A DNA stretch of 53,166 bases from a virus (taxonomy: Duplodnaviria; Caudoviricetes). The position numbers were made by a program, and so were the translations under genes. Location of the stretch: positions 1-53,166 of the IMG/VR virus record IMGVR_UViG_3300023266_000001; one strand, written 5' to 3'. The notes beneath the pieces are model-generated. The model had not been told where the DNA came from, searched no databases, and saw only the letters and a list, made by a program, of their open reading frames with translations. This document shows, piece by piece, positions 25,591-34,520 of this stretch (its first letter is position 1; each line of letters starts with the position of its first letter).

Positions 25591-25780
25591 CCCGTGCCGG
25601 GAAAGGGAATTATATACTTGACAAAAGTGACCCCTCAGGGGCATGAATCTGCCCGACAGGGCGGCGACCAAGATACAGAAGTAAGCCCCGCCATGATTGA
25701 AGCGGGGTTGGATGCGTTTGAAGAGCTGGCGCGGGGCGAGTGGCCCGGCGCTGTTGCCGATCAAGAGCGGCTTATCGCTG

Positions 25781-26290
25781 CTATTTATCGCGCAATGTTA
25801 CGTACTGCTGGTCAGGGAAAAAATCGGTCATGATTCTTTTGGCGAGGGCGCGACTGCGATCTGCCATGGCCCTGATTTCCTCTTCCTTGAGAAGGAGCGT
25901 TCGTGACTTTGCTCTGGTTGGGTCTGTAAGGCTCGTGGCCAACCAGAGTTGACCGTCGTTATCTTCGCAATAGGAGCCGTGCACTAGGTCAACACGATAC
26001 TTGTTGATCTCTTTGGCTTCCGTGAAAATCTCCAAGTACTTATCTTTGTTTGGATCGCGCAAGTTGGCCAGGTATCGTTCGATGGCTGTCATCCGATTTA
26101 CGAATGACTGAATTGATCCGAGTAAATCTGATGTGGCCGTTTCGTCTTTGTGGCCGAGGATTTGGGCATATATCTTCCACAGGCACAGTTCCATTCCCGA
26201 ATATGATCCAATGAAGTATCCTATTGCTTCGCAAATTTTCGGGTAAGGGCTGAGATTGGATGTGACGGTATCAAAGGACGGTCTGGTCAT
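25781..26290 (-). CDS. IS passenger, HEPN-like helical protein
   Basis: 169 aa, lower GC; AIGYF...ME..L and RVDLVHG (RxxxxH). Confidence 0.6.
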   Translation of the reverse strand: MTRPSFDTVTSNLSPYPKICEAIGYFIGSYSGMELCLWKIYAQILGHKDETATSDLLGSIQSFVNRMTAIERYLANLRDPNKDKYLEIFTEAKEINKYRVDLVHGSYCEDNDGQLWLATSLTDPTRAKSRTLLLKEEEIRAMADRSRALAKRIMTDFFPDQQYVTLRDK

Positions 26291-26429
26291 GGCGAAATCC
26301 GACGATCTGGAGAAGACTAGACGATTGATGGGAGCGCTCGTGCGTATGAAGCCAAAGCCGCACGAGGAAATGAAGGTTGGGAAGAAAAAGAAACAGGCCG
26401 CCTCGAAGCAGAAAAAGAGAAAATCTTGA
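26289..26429 (+). CDS. IS-associated small basic peptide (46 aa)
   Basis: AAAGGA RBS; MAKSDDLEKTRRLMGALVRMKPKPHEEMKVGKKKK. Confidence 0.5.
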   Translation: MAKSDDLEKTRRLMGALVRMKPKPHEEMKVGKKKKQAASKQKKRKS

Positions 26430-26456
26430 ATCTTTTTCTTCGCGAATCACTTACAG

Positions 26457-26497
26457 AAAAACGGCGGGCCGGGGTTGAGCCGGACACCGCCGTAAAA
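26457..26497 (-). terminator. Terminator hairpin inside the IS
   Basis: ACGGCGG.CCGG...CCGG..ACCGCCGT flanked by A-tracts (U-tract on the minus strand). Confidence 0.55.
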
Positions 26498-26505
26498 CTT
26501 ACGGG

Positions 26506-26622
26506 TTACTTAGAACCCTTGGGTTTTTTAACGGTTTCGACGACATGAGTGCTGGGTTTCCCCTGCGCCGTCTTGACCGTGGTGAAGCGCCCATTGATAG
26601 CGCTACGACCGATACGTGCCAT
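26506..26622 (-). CDS. IS passenger small basic protein (38 aa)
   Basis: AAAGGAGGTG RBS; MARIGRSAINGRFTTVKTAQGKPSTHVVETVKK. Confidence 0.65.
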   Translation of the reverse strand: MARIGRSAINGRFTTVKTAQGKPSTHVVETVKKPKGSK

Positions 26623-26797
26623 TCTAAACACCTCCTTTCCGGGCCGCAGCCCTTGCCAATAGCTGGACACGCGGAGGTGTGGCGTCGCGAATCGGACACG
26701 CGGGTTGAATCGATCAGAAAAGCACAACTAACGCGAGTCTTTTTGGCGCCGTTTCCACGCCAAAAACCTCCGTTTAGCCTGCTTGGGGTGGCTGATC

Positions 26798-27748
26798 TTA
26801 GTTAGTTGGCCGGTACGTCAGGCGCTTACCCTCGATACCCTTGAGAGCATTTGCCGTCCGTTCCCCATCGGTAACGCCAAGGGATGAGCGGTTATTGTAG
26901 CGGAAATCAAACTCCGCCAGATAGCGCTTCAAATGCGCTTCGCTGACGTGGTGATAAACGCCATTGATGCCACGCTTGAGAACCGAGAAGTAGCCCTCGA
27001 CGGTGTTTGAATGGGCATCGCCACGAACGTACTCGCCAATGCCGTGATCGACCATTGCGTGGCGTTCGAACTCTTTGCCGACGCCCATATAGCCGCCTGC
27101 GGTATCAGTCATTAGCGTCGATTTGCGGCTGACGTGAGCGGTCAGGATAGGCCGCAGCGTCTTGCCGCTGATGTTTGCAATGTGATGTGAGCGGGCTTTG
27201 CCTTCGCGTTCAACCAGTGTGTGGACAATCTGCTTGCCCATGCCGCCAATCTTCTTGCTGTCGCGTTTGTTGCGATGCTTGTTGGCTTCTTTGCCACCAA
27301 CATACGTTGTATCGGCCTCGACGATCTTGCCAGAGCCGCCCAGAGCTCCGGGATTGAGATCGGCCATAGCTTCCCGAAGCCGGTGCATCATGAACCAAGC
27401 GGTCTTGTACGTGACGCCAATGGTGCGGTGGATCTGATGCGCGCTGATACCCTTCTTGCTTGAATTGAGCAGGTGAGCAGCTAGCCACCACTTGGTCAAA
27501 GGGACCTTGGAGCGCTCGAACACCGTGCCAACCGTGACCGTGAACTGGCCTTTGCAATCGTTGCAATAGTACAGGCCGGGACGATGTGACTGCTTCTTAC
27601 CTTCGACCTTGGCAATCTTCTCCTGATCGGAGTTGCCGCAGTGAGGGCAAAAGGGACCATCGGGCCAACGCAGAGCCTCAAGGGCTTCGCGGGCCTTGTC
27701 TTCGTCTTGGAACATTTGGGCTTTGAACGTCATGATCTTGGTCCCCAA
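26798..27748 (-). CDS. tnp: IS1595/ISXO2-like DDE transposase
   Basis: RWPDGPFCPHCG zinc ribbon, KTAWFMMHRLRE, VEADTTY, LMTD, NTVEGYFS, GKRLTY. Confidence 0.95.
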   Translation of the reverse strand: MGTKIMTFKAQMFQDEDKAREALEALRWPDGPFCPHCGNSDQEKIAKVEGKKQSHRPGLYYCNDCKGQFTVTVGTVFERSKVPLTKWWLAAHLLNSSKKGISAHQIHRTIGVTYKTAWFMMHRLREAMADLNPGALGGSGKIVEADTTYVGGKEANKHRNKRDSKKIGGMGKQIVHTLVEREGKARSHHIANISGKTLRPILTAHVSRKSTLMTDTAGGYMGVGKEFERHAMVDHGIGEYVRGDAHSNTVEGYFSVLKRGINGVYHHVSEAHLKRYLAEFDFRYNNRSSLGVTDGERTANALKGIEGKRLTYRPTN

Positions 27749-27851
27749 TGTCCGTGTTATCGGCCATCAGGTCACTTTTGTCAAGTATATAATTCCCCCG
27801 GGAAACTGGCTGCGGGCTTTTTCGTGAGGTCAACGAGGAAAGGTTGAAACT

Positions 27852-28139
27852 ATGCACCCGACAGAAGAGCGTGATGATGGAGCCGCGGCCGCCACGATGG
27901 AAATGCCGCGCTATGTGAGCCACAAGAAGGTTTGGGCGCTGGAGATCAAGGATGTCACCGATTTCCGGCTGCACTTCAAGGAAGAAGGCTACGCCTCCAT
28001 TCCGAGGGATGAGGCCATGTTTTCTCGCTATACGCCAGTGCCGGGCGACTTCTACGTGGTCTACGCAGACGGCTACAAGTCATTCAGTCCGCGCAAGGCC
28101 TTCCTCGAAGGATATAGACCGGCTGAGCGAGGCGATTAG
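27852..28139 (+). CDS. Conserved phage hypothetical protein
   Basis: SHKKVWALEI...YYV-like FYVVYADGYKSFSP..AF.EGY. Confidence 0.75.
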   Translation: MHPTEERDDGAAAATMEMPRYVSHKKVWALEIKDVTDFRLHFKEEGYASIPRDEAMFSRYTPVPGDFYVVYADGYKSFSPRKAFLEGYRPAERGD

Positions 28140-28144
28140 TCTCA

Positions 28145-28348
28145 ATGCCCTGCTCAACCTGCCACGGAACAAACTGGGTATGTGAAACCCATCCCGACAA
28201 GCCATCAAGAACGCATTGGGAAAGATCATCGTCCGGCTGGACAGGATCGAAGGCAAGTAACGTGCTGCTGACAACAAACCAGTTGTGGGTTCTGCTGTTC
28301 GCCTTACAGGCCATCCTGTGGCTTGGAGCGGCCGGTGTGTTTGGGTAG
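28145..28348 (+). CDS. Hypothetical protein
   Basis: CSTC...WVCETHPD, hydrophobic C-terminus. Confidence 0.4.
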   Translation: MPCSTCHGTNWVCETHPDKPSRTHWERSSSGWTGSKASNVLLTTNQLWVLLFALQAILWLGAAGVFG

Positions 28349-28389
28349 GGATCGAAGGCAAACCTTGAAATCAATCAAGATCAATCACA

Positions 28390-28839
28390 ATGGCACACGG
28401 CGGTAAGAGGGAAGGCGCTGGACGCAAGCCCGGGGCCATTACGAAGCGCACCCGTGAGGTGGCAGAGCGTGCCCTTACGGAAGGCAAGTCTCCGCTGGAG
28501 ATCATGCTGGACAACATGAGGCACTTTCAACAGGTGGCGCTTGATGCTGAGGCTGTGATCGAGGGGATGAATGAAGGCCAGGTTGCCTCCCTTGGCCAGT
28601 CTCATGAAGAGCAATTCAAGGCGCTGTTGGCGAAGGTCAAGCAGGCCGCCGGTTTGCGCGTGATGGCTCATGAATGCGCTCGGGATGCGGCCGGATACAT
28701 GCATGCCAAGCTCAGTGCGGTCACCTTGGCTGGTGATCCTGAGAACCCGATCACCTTCGCTGACCTATCCGACACGGAAGCCGCAAGACGGATAGCATTT
28801 ACGCTGGCTAAGGCTGTTCAGCCGGAGACGAAGCACTAG
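28390..28839 (+). CDS. terS: Terminase small subunit
   Basis: GGKREGAGRKPG...SPLEIML...AAGYMHAKLS. Confidence 0.75.
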   Translation: MAHGGKREGAGRKPGAITKRTREVAERALTEGKSPLEIMLDNMRHFQQVALDAEAVIEGMNEGQVASLGQSHEEQFKALLAKVKQAAGLRVMAHECARDAAGYMHAKLSAVTLAGDPENPITFADLSDTEAARRIAFTLAKAVQPETKH

Positions 28840-28971
28840 CAGCCGTCGCACTTTACATAAATGCTGGTCATCTCGCGCTTCCTGATTTGAAGCGCAAATC
28901 CTATCACAACGCGCGATTCAGCGCACGCAATATCAGCCGCCTCCGGGCGGTTTTGTCGTTTGGAGGTCACC

Positions 28972-29130
28972 ATGAGCTTCTTGAATCCAGACCAAAAACC
29001 CGCCGATCTGACCTTGCGCCAGTGGTGCCTCGTGCTCGCGGCTGACAAGATCCCGCATGAGAACGCGGATGATGTTGTCAAAGCCGCCCGGACCTTTGAA
29101 GCCTACCTGATCGAGAAGCCGGGGGCATAA
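28972..29130 (+). CDS. Small hypothetical protein (52 aa)
   Basis: GGAGG RBS; DDVVKAARTFEAYL. Confidence 0.6.
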   Translation: MSFLNPDQKPADLTLRQWCLVLAADKIPHENADDVVKAARTFEAYLIEKPGA

Positions 29131-29131
29131 C

Positions 29132-29452
29132 ATGGCAACCTGTCAGGTTTGGGAATACTACGCCTCCGGCAACAACCGGAACCAGGTGGCGAAGCTTCCC
29201 GGCAAAGCGCCGCAGAATGTCACGATTAGTTCGACGCATGCGGAGACCGCCAGCGCGCTCGATAATGCAACGATCGGCGTTCGTCTTCTGACCGATACCG
29301 ACTGCTGGTTCAAGCTCTACAAGTCCGGCGCTGCCAGCCCCATGGGGGACGTTGCCACGGCCGCCAACGGTATCAAGCTTCTCGCCAGTTCGCCTGAGTA
29401 TTTCGACGTGCCGCTGGCGGCCGGCGTCTCAATCTCGATCATCACCGCGTAA
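29132..29452 (+). CDS. Putative virion beta-rich protein
   Basis: 106 aa; VRLLTDTDCWFK...GIKLLASSPEYF. Confidence 0.6.
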   Translation: MATCQVWEYYASGNNRNQVAKLPGKAPQNVTISSTHAETASALDNATIGVRLLTDTDCWFKLYKSGAASPMGDVATAANGIKLLASSPEYFDVPLAAGVSISIITA

Positions 29453-29508
29453 GGGGCATTCCGCCCACCTCCACCAGCAATAGCAACAAGCACGCATAGG
29501 AGATTACA

Positions 29509-30129
29509 ATGCCAGAAGTACTTCATTCGCTCTACGGTCGAAAGCTCGGACTCAGCGCGGGCGGCCGGCTCCTTCTCGATCCCGCTGGCCGTGGAGGTGG
29601 TGCTGCCGGCATCCTTCTGCCGAATACCAATGCTGGTCCGTCCACCGCGCTTACTACGTTCACGGCGCAGCGGGCCTTCGATACCTATACGACTATCCCG
29701 GCGAATACGCTGGAAGTCGGCTCGGTCATCCGAATCCGTTATCAGGGCATTCAGACTGCCGTTAACGGCACGGATACCAGCCAGTTCATCTTGAATATCG
29801 GCAGCACTCTTGCGGCCTCAACGCTGGCTGTTACCAGCGGCACGGCGTTGACCACTTCGACCGCGGCGGCGGGCATCGTCAACGAAATTTTCCACGGCGA
29901 ATACGAGCTACAGGTCCGCACTGTCGGCTCATCTGGAACGATGGTCGGCGTCGGCATCTTTAAGAAGGTTCCGAACGTCGAGGCGACGTATGCCGCCGTT
30001 GACGATATCCTGGCGTCGACCACCATCGATACCACAATCGACCAGATCGTCTGCGTGGGCTGCGTCTATGGCGCATCTTCCGCCTCGAACTCCTGCCGCC
30101 TCGACTTCTTCCGGGTGATTGTGCATTAA
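29509..30129 (+). CDS. Putative virion protein
   Basis: 206 aa, AGGAG RBS, Thr/Ala/Gly rich; TIPANTL.VG..IRI. Confidence 0.65.
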   Translation: MPEVLHSLYGRKLGLSAGGRLLLDPAGRGGGAAGILLPNTNAGPSTALTTFTAQRAFDTYTTIPANTLEVGSVIRIRYQGIQTAVNGTDTSQFILNIGSTLAASTLAVTSGTALTTSTAAAGIVNEIFHGEYELQVRTVGSSGTMVGVGIFKKVPNVEATYAAVDDILASTTIDTTIDQIVCVGCVYGASSASNSCRLDFFRVIVH

Positions 30130-30141
30130 ACGGAGGTTAAT

Positions 30142-30372
30142 ATGCGGGCATTTGTCTCGATCGGTCTGATTGATGATGCTGGCGGAGTTCCGGTTGTCCC
30201 AGTTTGGGGACGGTTTTGGGACGGCGCCAGCAATTTGTTTTCCTTCACTCGGTCCATCCCGCTTGGTGTGACCGATGTAGAAGACGACATTAGGAAGGCC
30301 ATCATCGACGATCTGGTTTCGTATCTCAGCGGCTTTGGCCTTACGAGATCCGACGTAGTATTCATAAGCTAA
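30142..30372 (+). CDS. Hypothetical protein
   Basis: GGAGG RBS, 76 aa. Confidence 0.6.
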   Translation: MRAFVSIGLIDDAGGVPVVPVWGRFWDGASNLFSFTRSIPLGVTDVEDDIRKAIIDDLVSYLSGFGLTRSDVVFIS

Positions 30373-30376
30373 TTGC

Positions 30377-31954
30377 TTGGCCCTCACGCTCCTTGAGGAA
30401 ATCACCCAGAAGCTTGGGGGCCTATCGCCTGAAGACAAGAAGGCCGTTGTAGCGGACGCGGTTGCCGCAACGGCCAAGTACAAGTGGATTCCATCACCGG
30501 GACCTCAAACGCAGGCGTACTTCAGTCTGGCGGATTGCCTGCTCTACGGCGGGGAGCCTGGAGGGGGGAAAAGCCAACTTCTTCTTGGGCTTGCGTTCAA
30601 CTGCCACCAGCGTTCGCTCATCATGCGCCGGCAGTATGGCGACCTTGATCGGCTGATAGAAGACGCGCTGAAGATCCACGGAAGCAGGGATGGTTTCAAC
30701 GGCTCCCCGCCGCCACGGCTACGTATTGACGACGAGAAGGTTATCAACTTCCGCGCCGCCCAGCGGATAGGAGACGAGCAGGGCACGATGGGGCAAGGCC
30801 GGGACCTTCTCGGCCTGGACGAGGCGACGCACTTCGCGGAATCTCAGGTCCGGTTCCTGATGGGCTGGGTTCGGTCGGAGGACCCCAACCAGCGCTGCCG
30901 TACCGTTCTGGCGACCAATCCGCCGCTCACCGCCGAAGGGCTGTGGGTGATCAAGATGTTTGCGCCCTGGCTGGATCCTAACTATCCGAATCCTGCCAAG
31001 CCCGGCGAGCTCCGGTGGGTAGTTTCAGACGAGGATGGTCTAGACGAGTGGGTCAACGGGCCCGACGATGTTCGGATCGTCAACGGCAAGGTTATCCGTC
31101 CGACCTCACGGACTTACATTCCGTCCTCGGTCAAGGATAACCCGTACTACGCGGCGAGCGATTACGAACGGCAGCTCGATGCACTGCCGGAGCCCTATCG
31201 CTCCTTGCTGATGGGCGGCTTCAAGACTGCGTTCAAGGACGCGGACTTTCAGGTTATCCCGACAGCTTGGATTACTGCGGCTCAGGAGCGATGGAAGCCG
31301 GACGGCTACAAAGAATACGCCATGACGGCGATGGCCTACGATCCGGCGGACGGCGGACGGGACTCGGCCGAACTGTGCTGGCGCTACGGCGGCTGGTACG
31401 CGCCGTTTGTTTCGGAAAAGGGCAGTACGACCTCGGATCCTGCGTTTGCGTTCGCCAACATCATGGCAAAGCGGCAGGACAATGCCCCTGTCGTAGTTGA
31501 CGTCGGCGGCGGCTACGGCGGCAAGATCACACTTCGCCTGGACGACAACAAGATACCGTTCAAGAAATTCAACGGAGCCGGAAGGTCTGGCGAGCGCTCA
31601 AGGGGCAGCAATATCCCTTATGCCAACGAACGGGCGGCGGCCTACTTCAAGTTCCGCGATGAGTTGGACCCGGGTCAGGTTGGCGGCTCGGTCATCGCAT
31701 TACCGCCTGACCCGGAGCTGAAGGCCGATCTCGCTGCGGTTTGTTACGATGCCCATGCGCTGCAGGTGCGCGGCGTCTATCAGATCGAGAGCAAGGAAGA
31801 CATCCGCAAGCGCCTTGGCCGATCGACGGGCAAGGGAGATTCCGCCGTGATGTGCTTGAGTGGAGGAGAGGCTGCGATAAAGCGGGCCAAGAACAGGTCC
31901 ACTCCATTGCAGACCAGATCTAATGTTGGATATTCGCACATGAAGAGGCGCTGA
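30377..31954 (+). CDS. terL: Terminase large subunit
   Basis: Walker A YGGEPGGGKS, Walker B LGLDEATH, ATNPP, nuclease YDPADGGRD...GDSAV. Confidence 0.92.
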   Translation: MALTLLEEITQKLGGLSPEDKKAVVADAVAATAKYKWIPSPGPQTQAYFSLADCLLYGGEPGGGKSQLLLGLAFNCHQRSLIMRRQYGDLDRLIEDALKIHGSRDGFNGSPPPRLRIDDEKVINFRAAQRIGDEQGTMGQGRDLLGLDEATHFAESQVRFLMGWVRSEDPNQRCRTVLATNPPLTAEGLWVIKMFAPWLDPNYPNPAKPGELRWVVSDEDGLDEWVNGPDDVRIVNGKVIRPTSRTYIPSSVKDNPYYAASDYERQLDALPEPYRSLLMGGFKTAFKDADFQVIPTAWITAAQERWKPDGYKEYAMTAMAYDPADGGRDSAELCWRYGGWYAPFVSEKGSTTSDPAFAFANIMAKRQDNAPVVVDVGGGYGGKITLRLDDNKIPFKKFNGAGRSGERSRGSNIPYANERAAAYFKFRDELDPGQVGGSVIALPPDPELKADLAAVCYDAHALQVRGVYQIESKEDIRKRLGRSTGKGDSAVMCLSGGEAAIKRAKNRSTPLQTRSNVGYSHMKRR

Positions 31955-32172
31955 TGGGTAACCCGTTCTCCAGTCCGACCGTTGTTCAACAGGCGGCCCC
32001 GACTCCCAAGCCGCCGGCCACAATGCCTGACGTAGATTCCGAGGGTGTGAGAGAGGCCCGCCGCAAGGCGCAGCTCGACATCATGGGCCGGGCCGGCCGG
32101 CAATCAACTATCCTGACCGCGCCGAAGGACCGTCTCGCAGACTATACCTCAAGAGCGCTGGGCGCCGGCTGA
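31954..32172 (+). CDS. Small virion protein preceding the portal
   Basis: Pro-rich N-terminus, GRQSTILT...LG. Confidence 0.7.
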   Translation: MGNPFSSPTVVQQAAPTPKPPATMPDVDSEGVREARRKAQLDIMGRAGRQSTILTAPKDRLADYTSRALGAG

Positions 32173-33863
32173 TGGCGGTTTCCAAGTCCCGCGTCAAGGA
32201 TTTGATCGCGCAGGGCGATAAGCTGTTTTCGAAGAAGCGGCCGTTTGACTCGCTGTGTCAGACTTTTGCCGAGAACTTCTTCCCGATCCGGGCCGACTTC
32301 ACGACGCAACGCTCTTTGGGTGACGAGTTTGCCTCCAACCTGATGACGGGCCGGCCGGTGCTGGCGCATCGCGACCTCGGCAACGCGCTGTCATCCATGC
32401 TGCGGCCCCGGGGAACGTCGTGGTTCCATGCCCGGACAGGGGATGAGGACATCAACAACGACGCGTCGTCAAAGCAGTGGCTGGACGCCAAGTCCGATGT
32501 GATGCGCCGTGCGATGTACGACCAGCACTCGGGGTTCGTCCGCGCGACCAAGCAGGGCGACAACGACTTCGTGGCGTTCGGCCAGACCGTGATCTCGGTC
32601 GACCCGAACAGGTATCTTGACGGCATCCTCTATCGGAACTGGCACCTCAAGGACGTGGCCTGGTGCGAGAATGCGGAGCTGATCATCGATCTCGTCCATC
32701 GGAACTGGCAGCTCGAAGCCCGCTCCCTGGTAAAACTGTTTCCGGACAAGGTAGCGGCCGCCGTTCGCAAGATGGTCCGCGACGAGCCTTATCGTGAAAT
32801 CAAGTGCCGGCACATCATCATTCCGGAGGATGAATACGATCTCTCGGTCGAGAAGAAGGGCAGTCGGAACCGTCTCCCGTTCACCTCGATCTATATCGAT
32901 TGTGAAAACGACACGATCCTCGAAGAGGTGCCGGCCAAGCGCTCGAACTACGTGATACCCCGCTGGGTGACGGTTTCCGGGTCTCAGTATGCCTATTCGC
33001 CCGCCACGGTGGTTTCCCTGCCGGACGCGCGGCTGCTCCAGCAGATGACGCTGACGCTGCTGGAGGCCGGGCAGAAGGCGGTTGACCCGCCGCTGAAAGC
33101 CACCGCGGAAGCCATTCAGGGTGGCGTCAACACGTTTGCCGGCGGCATTACCTGGGTGGATGCCGAGTACGACGAGAAGATGGGCGCGGCTCTGGAGCGG
33201 CTTATGGACCGCCCCGGCGAGCTGAACTGGGGCGACGCACGGGAAGAGAAGATCGAGCGCATGATCTCGGAGGCGTTCTTCCTCAACGTGATCAACCTCC
33301 CCGAGGCGCAAGGCGGTGACAAGATGACCGCCTACGAGACACAGGAGCGCGTCAAGGAATACATCCGCCGCGCGTTGCCGCTGTTCGAGCCGATGGAAGT
33401 CGAGTACAATGGCGGGCTGTGCGAGCAGACATGGAACGTCGCCATGGATCTCGGCATGTTCGGCTCGTTCGAGGACATGCCGGACGCGCTCCGCGGCCAC
33501 GAGATCAACTGGCAGTTCGAGAGCCCGCTGCAGGAAGCCAACAGCCGGGCCAAGTCGCTCGCGTTCCGGGAGACCGCAGAATTGATGGCGATTGCCGCTC
33601 AGATGGATCCAGGAACAAGGTTCGATGTCGATATCGACAAGGCCTTCCGTCAGGCGCTGGGTGGAGTCGCCCCGGCCGATTGGGAAGTTCCGAAAGAGAT
33701 TGCCGACAACGCCAAGGCGCAGCAGGCGCAGATTGACCGCGCGGCACAGGCGGCTCAGGCCATGTCGATGGGTGCCGACGTGGCAACGAAGGTTGGTGGC
33801 GCGGTGCAGACCATGGGCGATGCGGCGCAGTCCGTGCAGGCAGCGCAGGGAGTTGCGGCGTGA
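32172..33863 (+). CDS. Portal / head-tail connector (T7 gp8/BPP-1-like)
   Basis: 563 aa; WF, FG, PRW, Y.YSP, LPDAR.LQ, DPP, MTAYE..ER, FESPL. Confidence 0.9.
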   Translation: MAVSKSRVKDLIAQGDKLFSKKRPFDSLCQTFAENFFPIRADFTTQRSLGDEFASNLMTGRPVLAHRDLGNALSSMLRPRGTSWFHARTGDEDINNDASSKQWLDAKSDVMRRAMYDQHSGFVRATKQGDNDFVAFGQTVISVDPNRYLDGILYRNWHLKDVAWCENAELIIDLVHRNWQLEARSLVKLFPDKVAAAVRKMVRDEPYREIKCRHIIIPEDEYDLSVEKKGSRNRLPFTSIYIDCENDTILEEVPAKRSNYVIPRWVTVSGSQYAYSPATVVSLPDARLLQQMTLTLLEAGQKAVDPPLKATAEAIQGGVNTFAGGITWVDAEYDEKMGAALERLMDRPGELNWGDAREEKIERMISEAFFLNVINLPEAQGGDKMTAYETQERVKEYIRRALPLFEPMEVEYNGGLCEQTWNVAMDLGMFGSFEDMPDALRGHEINWQFESPLQEANSRAKSLAFRETAELMAIAAQMDPGTRFDVDIDKAFRQALGGVAPADWEVPKEIADNAKAQQAQIDRAAQAAQAMSMGADVATKVGGAVQTMGDAAQSVQAAQGVAA

Positions 33864-34249
33864 GCCATCTGAATCTTATCCGGCAGTTCAACTCGCCGAA
33901 ATTCAGGTACGATACTCAGGCTGTGGTAGCGGCACTCGCCGATGCTGAACGACGGTCGTCAGCGCTGGCGTTGCTCGGTGAGATAATCAACCAAATGCAG
34001 GCCGAGCTCGACCGGGGCTCTGCGGCGCTTGAAGCCGCGCAGCAGCAGAACACAAAGCGGTTTGCGACCGTGGAATCGTTCCGGGCGCGGATCGCTGGCG
34101 GTGAAGTTGAGGTTGAGGCGCCATTGGCCCGGATGCTTGCCATCATCGAGACCGTGCAGGCGGAGCATGAGGAACTGAAGCGCAGCGAGGAAAGCGCGCG
34201 GGAATTCCTCGAAGGTTTGCGGGCTGCGCATAAGGCGGCTGAAGTTTGA
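33860..34249 (+). CDS. Coiled-coil hypothetical protein
   Basis: 129 aa, coupled overlaps. Confidence 0.65.
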   Translation: MSHLNLIRQFNSPKFRYDTQAVVAALADAERRSSALALLGEIINQMQAELDRGSAALEAAQQQNTKRFATVESFRARIAGGEVEVEAPLARMLAIIETVQAEHEELKRSEESAREFLEGLRAAHKAAEV

Positions 34250-34506
34250 AAAAACCAACCGTCCAACCATGGCACCCTGCGCCCTACGAAGACCCAGACG
34301 TCTACGCCATCAAAGCCCTGCAAGCCGGTGTAGCCAGTGCAGACCAGCAGAAGCGAGCGCTGGGCTGGATCGTCAACACGCTGTGCGGAACTTACGACCA
34401 GCCTTATCGCCCGGGTGAGGGCGGCGACCGCGATACGGTGTTCGCCTGCGCCAAGATGCACGTGGGCCAGCAGATCGTGAAAATGACGAAAATCATTCTG
34501 AAATAA
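34246..34506 (+). CDS. Bbp19-like head protein
   Basis: ASADQQKRALGWIV..CGTYD..YRPG..DRDTVF...VGQQI; lies between portal and scaffold. Confidence 0.7.
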   Translation: MKKPTVQPWHPAPYEDPDVYAIKALQAGVASADQQKRALGWIVNTLCGTYDQPYRPGEGGDRDTVFACAKMHVGQQIVKMTKIILK

Positions 34507-34520
34507 CCACATGGTGTCTA

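Larger units (their letters stand above)
25605..27797 (-). mobile_element. IS1595-family element with passenger genes (2,193 bp)
   Basis: Perfect 28-bp terminal IRs GGGAATTATATACTTGACAAAAGTGACC (25605-25632, 27770-27797); 8-bp target duplication CCGGGAAA (25597-25604, 27798-27805). Confidence 0.95.

Noticed and set aside
25594-25833. 79-aa ORF crossing the left IS end
   Set aside because: Its start lies outside the IR; only the MIEAG... part might be a real short IS ORF, too weak to call
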